Assembly (NCBI GenBank): GCA_965223425.1
Contig: OZ245003.1
Coordinates: 704,001-768,000, forward strand
Direction of reading: 5' to 3'
Length of the DNA stretch: 64,000 nt
From: Nitrosopumilus sp.
GTDB taxonomy: Archaea > Thermoproteota > Nitrososphaeria > Nitrososphaerales > Nitrosopumilaceae
Shown: positions 20,335 to 31,200 of the stretch, piece after piece
Layout of the letters: each line of letters opens with the position of its first letter
How positions within the stretch are numbered: the first letter of the stretch is position 1
Translations under genes and position numbers: made by a program
Notes under the pieces: model-generated
Told to the model about the DNA's origin: nothing
Database searches by the model: none
What the model saw: the letters and a program-made list of their open reading frames with translations, nothing else

Positions 20335-21068
20335 TGGGTGGAAGAGAAGCAACAATGGTCCTTCTGGACGAAAATGGAATCCGTTGTGATGGAAGAAAAG
20401 TCGACGAACCAAGACGTATCATGATTAGAGCTGGCGGGCTAAAAAATGCAGACGGCTCAGCTTACATTGAGTTTGGTGACAATAAAATACTCGTTGGCGT
20501 ATTTGGTCCAAGAGACGTTCATCCAAAACACATGTCAGACACTGACACAGGAATTTTACGCGTTAGATATCACATGGAGCCATTCTCCGTTGGCGAAAGA
20601 AAAAATCCGGCTCCTTCAAGAAGAGAGATTGAAATTTCCAAAGTAATCAAAGAAGCATTAGAGCCTGCAGTTATGTTGGGACAGTTTCCAAGAACCGCAG
20701 TTGATGTATTTATTGAAGTCTTGCAAGCAGATGGCGGCACTAGGTGTGCGGCACTATCTGCAGCTTCTGTTGCCTTGGCCGATGCTGGAATTCCGATGAG
20801 AGATATGGTTGCAGCTTGTGCTGCAGGCAAAGTCGCAGATACCATAGTCCTTGATGTTAACAACGAGGAAGACCAAGCAGGTCAAGCAGACATGCCAATC
20901 GGTTACATGCCAAGTCTTGAAAAAATCACTCTGCTACAATTGGATGGCGTTCTTAGTCCTGAAGAATACAAAAAATGCGTCCAAGTTGGAGTTGATGGAT
21001 GTAAAATTGTCTATGATCTGCAAAAGAAAGCGCTAAACGACAAATACTTTGGGAAAGGAGGCTCTTAG
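20334..21068 (+). CDS. rrp41: Exosome complex exonuclease Rrp41
   Basis: RCDGRK, ADGSAYIE and QADGGTR. Confidence 0.95.
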   Translation: MGGREATMVLLDENGIRCDGRKVDEPRRIMIRAGGLKNADGSAYIEFGDNKILVGVFGPRDVHPKHMSDTDTGILRVRYHMEPFSVGERKNPAPSRREIEISKVIKEALEPAVMLGQFPRTAVDVFIEVLQADGGTRCAALSAASVALADAGIPMRDMVAACAAGKVADTIVLDVNNEEDQAGQADMPIGYMPSLEKITLLQLDGVLSPEEYKKCVQVGVDGCKIVYDLQKKALNDKYFGKGGS

Positions 21069-21070
21069 AA

Positions 21071-21889
21071 ATGGGTTCGCATTCTGTTATTGATGATTTG
21101 AAAAAAACACAGATTCTTGAACTACTCGAACAAGGAAAAAGAGTAGATGGACGTGCATTAGATGAGACACGCGAGGTAACAATTGAAATTAATGCAATTC
21201 CCAAAGCAAATGGTTCAGCAAGAGTTCGTCTTGGAGACACTGAAGTTGTGTGCGGAATAAAAATCCAACCGGATAGACCCTTCCCAGATATGGGCGACAA
21301 AGGCATCTTCATTTGCACTGCAGAACTGTTGCCGCTTTCCCATCCTACAGTCGAAACCGGACCGCCAGGACCGGCTGTTATTGAATTAGCAAGAGTTGTT
21401 GACAGAGGAATTAGAGAAAGTCACATGGTTGACGTATCACAACTAGTTATTGAAAAAAACAAGTCAGTTGTCGGTGTATTTGCTGACAACGTGGTAGTTG
21501 ACTATGATGGAAACCTCTTTGATGCATGCTCTTATGCCTCTACTGCTGCGTTGCTTTCGTCTAAAACCCCAAAATGGAACTGGGTTGACGATGCTCCCGC
21601 ACTTGCTGAAGGTGAGGAATCTACTGTGCCAACTACAACAATTCCAGTGTCAGTAACCATGGGAAAGATTGGAAATCACATCGTAGTTGATCCAAACGGT
21701 GATGAATGGGACAGTATGGATGCCAGAGTTACAATTACTAGCGATTCGGATGGAAACATCTGTGCCTTACAAAAAGGCGGCACTGATGGATTCACACAAG
21801 AAGAGATTGTTCAATGCGGGGAAATCTCTGTCAGAGTAGGCGCAAAAATAAGAGAAAAACTAAAACAAGCTCAACAGGCAGGCCGATAA
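21071..21889 (+). CDS. rrp42: Exosome complex component Rrp42
   Basis: GKRVDGR, ELARVVDRGIRES and DYDGNLFDA. Confidence 0.95.
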   Translation: MGSHSVIDDLKKTQILELLEQGKRVDGRALDETREVTIEINAIPKANGSARVRLGDTEVVCGIKIQPDRPFPDMGDKGIFICTAELLPLSHPTVETGPPGPAVIELARVVDRGIRESHMVDVSQLVIEKNKSVVGVFADNVVVDYDGNLFDACSYASTAALLSSKTPKWNWVDDAPALAEGEESTVPTTTIPVSVTMGKIGNHIVVDPNGDEWDSMDARVTITSDSDGNICALQKGGTDGFTQEEIVQCGEISVRVGAKIREKLKQAQQAGR

Positions 21890-21890
21890 A

Positions 21891-22103
21891 ATGGCAAAAG
21901 CAAAAAAATCCCTCAAAGGACTAGGTGCACGATATGGAATTAAAATTAGAAAACAGTATACCAAAATCCATCTCCAATTAAAAGAGAAAAGAACATGTCC
22001 TGAATGCGGTTCCAAAACGTTTGGTAGGGACGCTGTGGGAATCTGGTCTTGTAAAAAATGCAGCTATAAAGTAGCTGGAACAGCATATGACATTAAGCTT
22101 TAG
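21891..22103 (+). CDS. rpl37ae: 50S ribosomal protein L37Ae
   Basis: GARYG, CPEC...GIWSCKKC zinc ribbon. Confidence 0.93.
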   Translation: MAKAKKSLKGLGARYGIKIRKQYTKIHLQLKEKRTCPECGSKTFGRDAVGIWSCKKCSYKVAGTAYDIKL

Positions 22104-22332
22104 TGCAAAAATAACAGTTGATGCCAAAGACAAGACAAAGGCAATTTATGATTCTGTAAATACTGACAATGAGTTTTATCCAGAAAACCCTGCAAAAACT
22201 ACGATAGAATTTGATGAAAAAATCATCATTTCAGTTGAATCCAAACACTTGCCACATTTGAGAGCAAACCTCAACTCTACACTTAGACTAGTCCAGGCCA
22301 GCCATGACTCAATTGAATCGGTAAAGATATAA
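22087..22332 (+). CDS. pcc1: KEOPS complex Pcc1-like subunit
   Basis: LRANLNSTLRL motif; conserved position after rpl37ae. Confidence 0.75.
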   Translation: MTLSFSAKITVDAKDKTKAIYDSVNTDNEFYPENPAKTTIEFDEKIIISVESKHLPHLRANLNSTLRLVQASHDSIESVKI

Positions 22333-22355
22333 TGAAACAAAATTTGTGATCATAC

Positions 22356-22745
22356 ATGTCATCCCCACAAATGCCCCCATGGCTACAAGAACGACTGGTG
22401 AAATTACAGCAAACCCAGCAAAACCTGCAATCAATCATGACACAGAGACAACATCTTGATATTGAAAACGCTGAAACAGAAAAAGCTCTTGAAGAACTAA
22501 AGAAAGCAGCCGACGGCGATGCTGTATTCAAACACTCTGGCACTGTCCTGATCAAATCAACAAAAAAAGAGCTAATTGACGAGTTGGAAGAAAAACAAGA
22601 GATGGCAAAAACACGTGCAACTGTTCTTGAAAAGCAGGAAACTCGTGTTAAAACAGATCTTAAAGAACAAGAGGCAAAAATAACTGAAATGATGAAGGGC
22701 GGTTCTGCCAGTCCGCCGCCTGCAGAAGACAATCCCAGAAAATAG
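22356..22745 (+). CDS. pfdB: Prefoldin beta subunit
   Basis: Coiled coils flanking VFKHSGTVLIK. Confidence 0.9.
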   Translation: MSSPQMPPWLQERLVKLQQTQQNLQSIMTQRQHLDIENAETEKALEELKKAADGDAVFKHSGTVLIKSTKKELIDELEEKQEMAKTRATVLEKQETRVKTDLKEQEAKITEMMKGGSASPPPAEDNPRK

Positions 22746-22796
22746 CCTATCTGCCTTTTCAAACAAGATATTAACAAATCTGTCCAAGTATTATCT

Positions 22797-23483
22797 GTGA
22801 AATTGGAGAATCTTAGAATTATTGTAGATGAGCGAGAGCGAAAAAGTGGAATTCCTGAACTTCTCAAATCAGTTGGATTGAACCTTGAAATGAAAACACT
22901 TCCAGTTGGCGATTATATTGTTGCGCCAGAAACCGTTGTAGAGCGAAAGAGCATTCGTGATCTGGTTTCTTCTGTTTTTGATGGAAGGCTTTTTGATCAG
23001 TGTACCAGGCTAAAAGAACACTTTCAAAATCCCATTGTTTTGATAGAGGGAAACGTTGATGAAATTGAGGAAATTGCTGAGAACCCCTTGATATTTTACG
23101 GAGCTGTCTCTGCTGTTGCCCTGGATTTTAAAATTCCGGTAATTCCCACTCCGAGCGCAACTCATACAGCTAAACTGTTGGTGTCAATGTGTTCCAGAAA
23201 AGATTCCCCAAAGGGGCCTTATCTGAAGAAAATTCGAAAATCCTCTGACTTGGAAAGACAGCAGCTTTCAGTTCTTTGCAGCTTGCCTGGAATTGGAGAA
23301 AAATTTGCAGTTAGAATGCTTGAGAAATTTGGAACGCCGTTCAAAGTTTTCACTGCAACTACTGCTGAACTGGCAAAAGTTGAAGGGTTGGGCAAAGCAC
23401 GGGCAAAGAAAATCAAAAAAATGCTGGACTCTAAAAGTAAATTTCTAAAAAAATCTGATCAAAAGACTTTGCATGATGCGTAG
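22797..23483 (+). CDS. xpf: ERCC4/XPF structure-specific endonuclease
   Basis: IVDERE, GDYIV, ERKS and C-terminal HhH motifs (LPGIG, VEGLG). Confidence 0.9.
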   Translation: MKLENLRIIVDERERKSGIPELLKSVGLNLEMKTLPVGDYIVAPETVVERKSIRDLVSSVFDGRLFDQCTRLKEHFQNPIVLIEGNVDEIEEIAENPLIFYGAVSAVALDFKIPVIPTPSATHTAKLLVSMCSRKDSPKGPYLKKIRKSSDLERQQLSVLCSLPGIGEKFAVRMLEKFGTPFKVFTATTAELAKVEGLGKARAKKIKKMLDSKSKFLKKSDQKTLHDA

Positions 23484-23990
23484 CTATTCTTCAAGTGGCA
23501 CAGAAGGAGATTCATTTTTGAGCAGTTTTCTTTTTAGCGGCGTTGCGCATATTGGGCATTCTTTCCCACCGGTGTGATTAGCTTTGCATCCCGGGCAATA
23601 ATGAACCCACTTTCCAACGTCTTTTATTCCTTGAGTCATTATCGGTGAAATTTTCAAACCCAGGTTTTTTGCCACATTTAAAATCGCAAAATCGTCACTG
23701 ATTATCTCCCCTTTCATCTCAATGCATAGTGCAATAATCGAAATGTCTTGTCTTGATAGCTGTGGAAAGTCCCCCGTATCCTTGGATGCTGTTATTGCAG
23801 CGTCTGTTGATTCTTTGTCCGGCTCTCTAATCTTCATCCTATTGGTTTCCAGCAGAGTCCCAAGGGCACCGTAATCTTTCTTTATGTGCCTGATTTCGTC
23901 ATAAACGAGGGATGTGGTGTAGCAGTCATTTGATGATCTAAATGGCACGCCCGCATAAAATGCGCTGGCGTCTAAAATCCTAAAATCCAA
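23484..23990 (-). CDS. Nob1-like PIN-domain endonuclease with zinc ribbon
   Basis: ILDASAF, LSRQD, SDDF, CPGC and CPIC. Confidence 0.85.
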   Translation of the reverse strand: MDFRILDASAFYAGVPFRSSNDCYTTSLVYDEIRHIKKDYGALGTLLETNRMKIREPDKESTDAAITASKDTGDFPQLSRQDISIIALCIEMKGEIISDDFAILNVAKNLGLKISPIMTQGIKDVGKWVHYCPGCKANHTGGKECPICATPLKRKLLKNESPSVPLEE

Positions 23991-24795
23991 GTTTACTCAT
24001 CTGTCTCAGTCCTCGTTTTTTTAATCTTACAAAGACTGCCGGCTTTTTATATTTTTTAATAATTATCGGTTCTTCAAATCCTGCTGATTTAACCACTTGG
24101 GCGTCCATTACAATGTTGCAGTCATGAGAGCATATAATCTCAACTTTTTCATCTGGAACTACAATTGATTCTAGTCTATACACCGGTGCAACAGGAGTGA
24201 TGATCAGAACATCTAAACTTTCATGTAAGATTGGACCTCCCAATGAAAACGAATGTCCTGTAGACCCGCTAGGTGTCGCAATAATCACTCCGTCCATTTT
24301 CTGTTTTACCGTGTCATTTTGAAATTTGATTTCAATTTCTGCAGTCTTGGTCAGGTTTGTTCTACTAATGTAAATCTCATTTAATGCCGGTGGAAATTCT
24401 TTCCCCCCACAGGATGCAATCACTCTGGTTCTTTTGTCTAGGAAGAACTTGTCTTTTAAAATCTGATTAACTGCATTGTCAAATTCCCCAATAGTTATTT
24501 CAGCTAAAATGCCTCTGTTTCCACCTACGTTGATTGTTAAAATCGGTGTTTCATTTTCCAGGTTTCTAAAGACTCGAAGTGTAGTTCCGTCCCCCCCAAG
24601 TGTGATGACTAGATCAAGCTTTATCTTTTTCAGTTCCTCCAAGGCTTCAATTTTCTTTGCACCTTGCACCTCAATTGGTGAAATTGTATATATTGTTGAT
24701 TTTTTTGCCAAAAGCTTTTTCACAACATCTTTTGCAGCTTTTTCTGAGTCTTTTGACCCGACCTTACTTACTACTGCAACTTTTTGGAGTTTCAA
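23980..24795 (-). CDS. nadK: NAD kinase
   Basis: GGDGT, LNE and DGVIIATPSGSTGHSFSLGGP. Confidence 0.93.
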   Translation of the reverse strand: MKLQKVAVVSKVGSKDSEKAAKDVVKKLLAKKSTIYTISPIEVQGAKKIEALEELKKIKLDLVITLGGDGTTLRVFRNLENETPILTINVGGNRGILAEITIGEFDNAVNQILKDKFFLDKRTRVIASCGGKEFPPALNEIYISRTNLTKTAEIEIKFQNDTVKQKMDGVIIATPSGSTGHSFSLGGPILHESLDVLIITPVAPVYRLESIVVPDEKVEIICSHDCNIVMDAQVVKSAGFEEPIIIKKYKKPAVFVRLKKRGLRQMSKLGF

Positions 24796-25210
24796 GCAGT
24801 TCTTCTGAATTCTATTTACTTAAAAATGATATTTTTGCCGTAGTGTCTTTGATTGAAAATCGATCAACTGCCTGCCTACAAAGTGGCAAAAATGAGCGGT
24901 TTTCTACCAAAGACACTACGGTTGGTTCAGCTAAGCGAAATGTAGCTATAACCGGCAATCCGCGATTCTACAGATTCTGGGCGCGTGTGATTCTTTGTAG
25001 TGGAAGGTTTCTTCTCTTGGTAATCTCTACAAAGTACTTCTGGGAAACTGGAATCTGAAAAAAATACATAAATATCAAAACAAAAGCATCAAGTTGTTGA
25101 TTTACGCCTTTCAGTTATCTGCTTTCAAGAAGCCGTCGTCGCTAGCCGTACTGCGCATCTGTCATTCCTGCAGCAATCCTGCCTTCCCTGCCACAATGTT
25201 GCCTGACATC

Positions 25211-25224
25211 GGGGGGGGGGGGGG
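25211..25224 (+). repeat. G14 homopolymer upstream of giant gene 2
   Basis: 14 consecutive G about 60 nt upstream of the TTG start. Confidence 0.9.
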
Positions 25225-25286
25225 TGGAGGAAGGATCAGCAGCAGTAATGGTATTGGGAGAAGGAGAGGACAGGAGAGTCTGACAG

Positions 25287-28200
25287 TTGCAACGACTGAT
25301 AAAACCGCCGTTTCTTGCAGCAGCAACAACAACAGCAATAGCAATGGCGGCACTTGTTCTTCTGATTCCCCTCTGCATCCCCCCTGCAGATGCCGCAACG
25401 GATGCAACGTCTGTTCCGACAGACTGGAGCCTGATACCCTCGGGCCTTGGCGACGGGGACCAGTTCAGGCTGCTTATCACGACGTCAACCAAACGCAACG
25501 CCGCATCTTCTGACATTGCCGTATATGACACGTACATCCAAAACCTCGTAGCATCAGGCCATGCAGACATACAAGAGCACAGCTCGTCATTCAGGGTGGT
25601 GGGCAGTACCAATGCAGTCGATGCGCGCGACCACACCGGCACCACCTATACCGACGATGACAAGGGCCCCCCAATCTACTGGCTAAAGGGCGCAAAGGTG
25701 GCAGATAACTATCAGGACTTTTACGACGGATCATGGGATGAGGAGAGATCCGGGCGAAACGAGCACGGAAACGAATTACTGTTTGGCTCTTCTGATACAG
25801 TGAATGTGTTTACCGGCTCTAATGATGATGGGACAAAACACGGCAACTCCCTTGGCTCCAGCAGTGTGCACGTTGGAGTCCCAAACAATGATGGTGGAGC
25901 TAGACTTAACCCACTCGGCAACGTTGCCATATCTCTGTCATCAAGTGAGACGCATCCGTTTTACGGCATCTCGCCTGTATTTCAGGTGGGAAGCATAAAT
26001 GCCGTCCCGACTGCGAAAATCAGCGCGCCTGACACCGCAGACGAGGGCACAACTGTAACCCTTGACGGGACTAGCTCTAGTGATGATGACGGCACAATAT
26101 CGTCATACGCGTGGAGCGCCAGCGACGCGTCCGTCGCAATAACAAACTCCTCTCAAAAGACTGCATCATTTACTGCGCCCCAGGTCACAGAGGACACTCC
26201 CCTGGTCATCACGCTGAAGGTGACTGACAACGACGGCGACACTGGCTCTGCACAACACACCGTCACCATTACCAATACCGTGACTGATCCCCCCAGGTTC
26301 GTCTCAGCAGAGCTAGACGAGTCAACGGGTATGCTGAAAATCACATTTGACAAGACGATAGACGCATCCGGCGTCGATGCCACAAAGTTCCACATAAGAG
26401 AGTCCGGATCCGTCACGGGAGGCGTGACCCTGTCTGCACCGGAGCTTGACACTGCCGCTACTACTACTGACGGCACCGCGCTCTCATTTACGCTGACTGG
26501 CCCGAACCGCGACGCAGTCATCGCGCTGGATGACCCGCAACTGGAGATAGGGGAGGGCGCCGTGGCCGACGTCAATGGCACCAGGATAACTGCGGCCTTT
26601 GACATATCGACTGCCAGGTTCGCCGAGTCTTTTGCCTTTCCGCTGACTACAGATAATGCGGCCAATAGCATCTCCTTCTCAAACGACGGCCTGAGGATGT
26701 TCCTGGCAGACGCCAGGCCTGTTAACGTACGCCAGTACGCCCTGCCTGCGGCCTTTGACGTGTCAGGCGCCAGCCTTACCCGCTCTGTTATGCTTTCATT
26801 CAGCAATATTGGCCTATCCGGCCTTACCTTCTCAAACGACGGCCTAAAGATGTTTACGGTAGATATTCTAACTGATCAAGTACGCCAGTACGCCCTGCCT
26901 GCGGCATTTGACGTGTCAGGCGCCAGCCTTACCCGCTCTGATACGCTTGTTAGCGCCATGGGTGACCTTGCCTTCTCAAATGACGGCCTAAGTGTGTTTG
27001 TTCTCCAGGCATTCTCTAGTACTGTAACACGTTACGACCTGTCTGCACCATTTAACATGACAGGCGCCAGCAAAGTCGGCTCCCACACCTTCGGTTTATT
27101 GGGCGTGAGTTCGTATGGCCTTACCTTCTCAAATGACGGCCACAGGATGTTCATAACAAGCCAACGTGATAGTGGTGCCTCTCACCATACCGACACCATG
27201 TACCAGTACGACCTGCCTACAGCATTTGACACGACAGGCGCCAGCCTTGTCGGCACCCTTGGCGTCTCCCCGCAGCCGACGGGCTCAAGAAACACCGCCT
27301 TCTCAAATGACGGCCTTGAGATGTTCCTGCTAGATCGAACCAACAGTACCGTACACCGGTACGACCTGAGGCTGCTCTACGACATAGACAGGGTTCTGCC
27401 ACCGGACATCAACGTTGTTCCAGTCGCCTCCTTTGATGACGGGGACACCGTCAAAGTCGGCAATACAAACAAGACATTTGACGAGCTTAGCCGCCCATAT
27501 GGCATCACCACGGTAAAGATAGGCTCCAGTACCTACTCCCTGGTCGCATCATTTGATGATGACGGCGTCCAGATAATCAACATTACCAATCCCGCAAAAC
27601 CCGTCCCGACCTCCTCCTTTGATGACGGGGACACCGTCACAGCAGTCGACGGGACACCCAGGACATTTGACGAGCTTGACAGCGTACGGGACATCACCAC
27701 GGTAAAGATAGGCTCCAGTACCTACGCTTTGGTCGCATCATCCAGTGACGACGGCGTCCAGCTAGTCAACATTACCAATCCCGCAAAACCCGTCCCGACC
27801 TCCTCCTTTGATGACGGGGACACCGTCAAAGTAGGCAGTACAAACAAGACATTTGACAAGCTTGACGGCGCATATGGCATCACCACGGTAAAGATAGGCA
27901 CCAGTACCTACGCTTTGGTCGCATCATTTGATGATGACGGCGTCCAGATAGTCAACATTACGGATCCCGCAAACCCCGTCCCGACCTCCTCCTTTGGTAA
28001 AGGGGACACCGTCAAAGTAGGCAGTACAAACAAGACATTTGACGAGCTTGACGGCGCATTGGGCATTACCGTAGTGGATATGGGCACCAGTACCTACGCC
28101 TTGGTCACAGCATACAATGACAACGGCGTCCAGATAGTCAACATTACGGATCCCGCAAAACCCGTCCCGGCAGTCTCCTTTGATAAAGGGGACACCGTCG

Positions 28201-31200
28201 AAGTAGGCAGTACAGACAAGACATTTGACGAGCTTGGAGGCGCATGGGGCATTACCGTAGTGGATATGGGCACCAGTACCTACGCCTTGGTCGCAGCAAA
28301 CACTGATGACGGCGTCCAGCTAGTCAACATTACCAATCCCGCAAAACCCGTCCCGACCTCCTCCTTTGGTAAAGGGGACACCGTCGAAGTAGACAATACA
28401 GAGAAGACATTTGACGGGCTTGACGGCGTACGGGGCATCACCACAGCAACTATAGGCTCCAATACCTACGCCTTGGTCGCATCATACGCTGATGACGGCG
28501 TCCAGATAATCGACATTACAGATCCCGCAAACCCTTTTCCGTCAATCTCCATTAATAACGGGGACACCGTCAAAGTAGGCAATACAAACAAGACATTTGA
28601 CAAGCTTGGAGGCGCACAGGACATTACCGTAGTGGATATAGGCTCCAATACCTACGCCCTGGTTGCAGCATACGATGACAACGGCGTCCAGATAATGGAA
28701 ATCTCGGCAAGATCTGCTGCAAGCCTGCCCACTGTGGCCCCGACCCTCGTGTCTGTTGAAAGGCACGACCCTGCCACACAAAGCACAAACGATCGCAACC
28801 CGACCTTCAGGGTAACCTTCAGCAAGGCAGTAAACAACGTGGATGCACCAGACTTTGAGACCTTAGGTGATGCCACAGCGACAGTCTCTGCTGTCACCCC
28901 GGTATCTGATACGGTATACCACGTGGAGGTAAACGTGACTGCAGACGGCATAGTCAACCTTGGCATTGATGCAGTACACAACATCCAAGATGCCGCAGGC
29001 AACTCCCTGTCCGGTACTGGGCCTACCGAGACAGACGAGCCATACACCATAGATACAGTTCCCCCAACCCTTGCATCAGTTACAAGGCACAGCCCTGCAG
29101 AGGAGGACACAAGCAACAACATCCTGGTCTTCAGGGCAAACTTCAGCGAGGCAGTCGCCAACGTGGATGAACCAGACTTTGTGATCCTGGGCAACGCCAA
29201 TATGAGCAACTTTGCAGTCACCCCCGTGCCTTCCAGCTCCAACTCCACATACGAAGTACGCGTATTTGTATTAATAGACGGCACGGTCGAACTTGGCATC
29301 AATGCTACGGCAAACGACATCACAGACGCCGCAGGCAACGCCCTGTCCGGCACGGGACCGACGGGGGCCAACGAAACATACACAGTAGATAAAGTTCTGC
29401 CAGCCCTTACATCCGTTGAAAGGCACGACCCTCTCACAGAAAACACAAACGATGACACCCCCACCTTCAGGGTAACCTTCAGCGAGGCAGTGGTTAACGT
29501 GGACCAATCAGATTTTCTGGACACAGGCAGCGCCACAGCGGCAGTCTCCGCTGTCGTCCCGGTGCCCGGCGGTAAAATATACGACGTGGGGGTAACCGTA
29601 ACTGCAAACGGCACAGTCGGCCTTTCCATCTCACTGACAACAGACATTGAGGACGCCGCAGGCAACTTAATGCGCCTTGGGCTGCCTAGCGGGGACAACG
29701 AATTATACAGCGTCTCCCTCCTCCCGCAGGCAGAAAACCGGCCTCCGACAATCACCCTAACCGGCGACAACCCTGCAACTGCAGAAAGGTACGTCACATA
29801 CACAGATGCCGGGGCAGCCTGCGCCGATCCTGACGGCGATGATATAACGCTTACCAACTCCTCTAATGTGGACACGGACACAGTATCTTTGCCGGCATCT
29901 CCTTACCGGTACACCTACTCGTGTACAGACCAACACGGGCTTGCCGCGACAAACAAGACCAGACTCGTCAGTGTGGAGGATACCGTGACACCTGTGATTA
30001 CCCTTGTCGGCCCGGCATCAGTATCGCTGACAGTGGGCGACACATACACGGAAGAAGGGGCAACCTGCACTGACTCTGGCCGTCTGCTTGGTGCTGCCAG
30101 TATCGGCGGCGCTACGGTGGACACGGCTGTCGTCAACGAGTACGATGTGGTGTATGCCTGCTCAGACGGGTACAACAACGCTATTCCGGTAACCAGGACC
30201 GTAACTGTTACAGAACCGACGACAACGCCACCAACGCCAACGCCACCAACGCCAACGCCTCCAACCCCGACTGACGACAGTGGCGCCCCCACCTTCACTG
30301 CAAGAACCGGCCCTGCCACAAACCAGGTGACTGTCACCTTCTCTGAGAACGTCAACAGCACGGCTGACTCCCATACAGCATGGGGCGTGGCAGGAAGCAC
30401 GGTCACCGCAGTCACCGGCCTTGACGGGACTGACGACACCGCAGTAATAACGCTGCAAAGCCCAATCCGGCCGCCTGATGCAACGCCTGCCGTGACATAC
30501 GATGACGATGCGGGGGACATCTCAGATGCTGCAGGCAACAGGATGCTTACCGCCACTGTCACCGCTACTGCGGGACACCCGGCGGACCTTCACATACACC
30601 TGATCGGCGATGCCTTCCTATACCACCCGTACGGGGAACCGTACACCGACGAGGGCGCCCTGTGCCATGACGCAGACGGAAATGACATAACTGACACCGG
30701 CGACTATGAAACCCTGCCGTACCTGAATCGGACGCAGACCATAAACGTCAACCTTCACGCAGATACTGCTCTTAATTTTACCCACCCCACCCAAAACCTT
30801 TACCGCCCCTTTGATCCGCAGGAGGTAACATACAACTGCACCACCCCGCTTGTATCCGTAGAGGACTCCAGGCTGGTAGCCCTGCGCGATGAAACCCCCC
30901 CTGAAATCCACCTAAACGGGCCACGCAACGTGGATCTGGAGTTGGGGGAATCATTTGGGGATCCTGATCCTGCCACGTGCACTGACACTCCTCTTAAATC
31001 CCAGATGGAACGTGTAGGCGGCCTCTTTTATCTGACTGTTCTCAGCTCTTCCCTCCCTGACGGGTACCAAAACACCGCAGGAGAGTACACGATAACCTAC
31101 ACATGTTCGGACTCTAAAGGCAACGACGCAGAGGATACAAGCAGAACGCTTCATGTAGGCACGCCTGACAACACGCCACCCGTGCTTGCAGTCAACCCCG

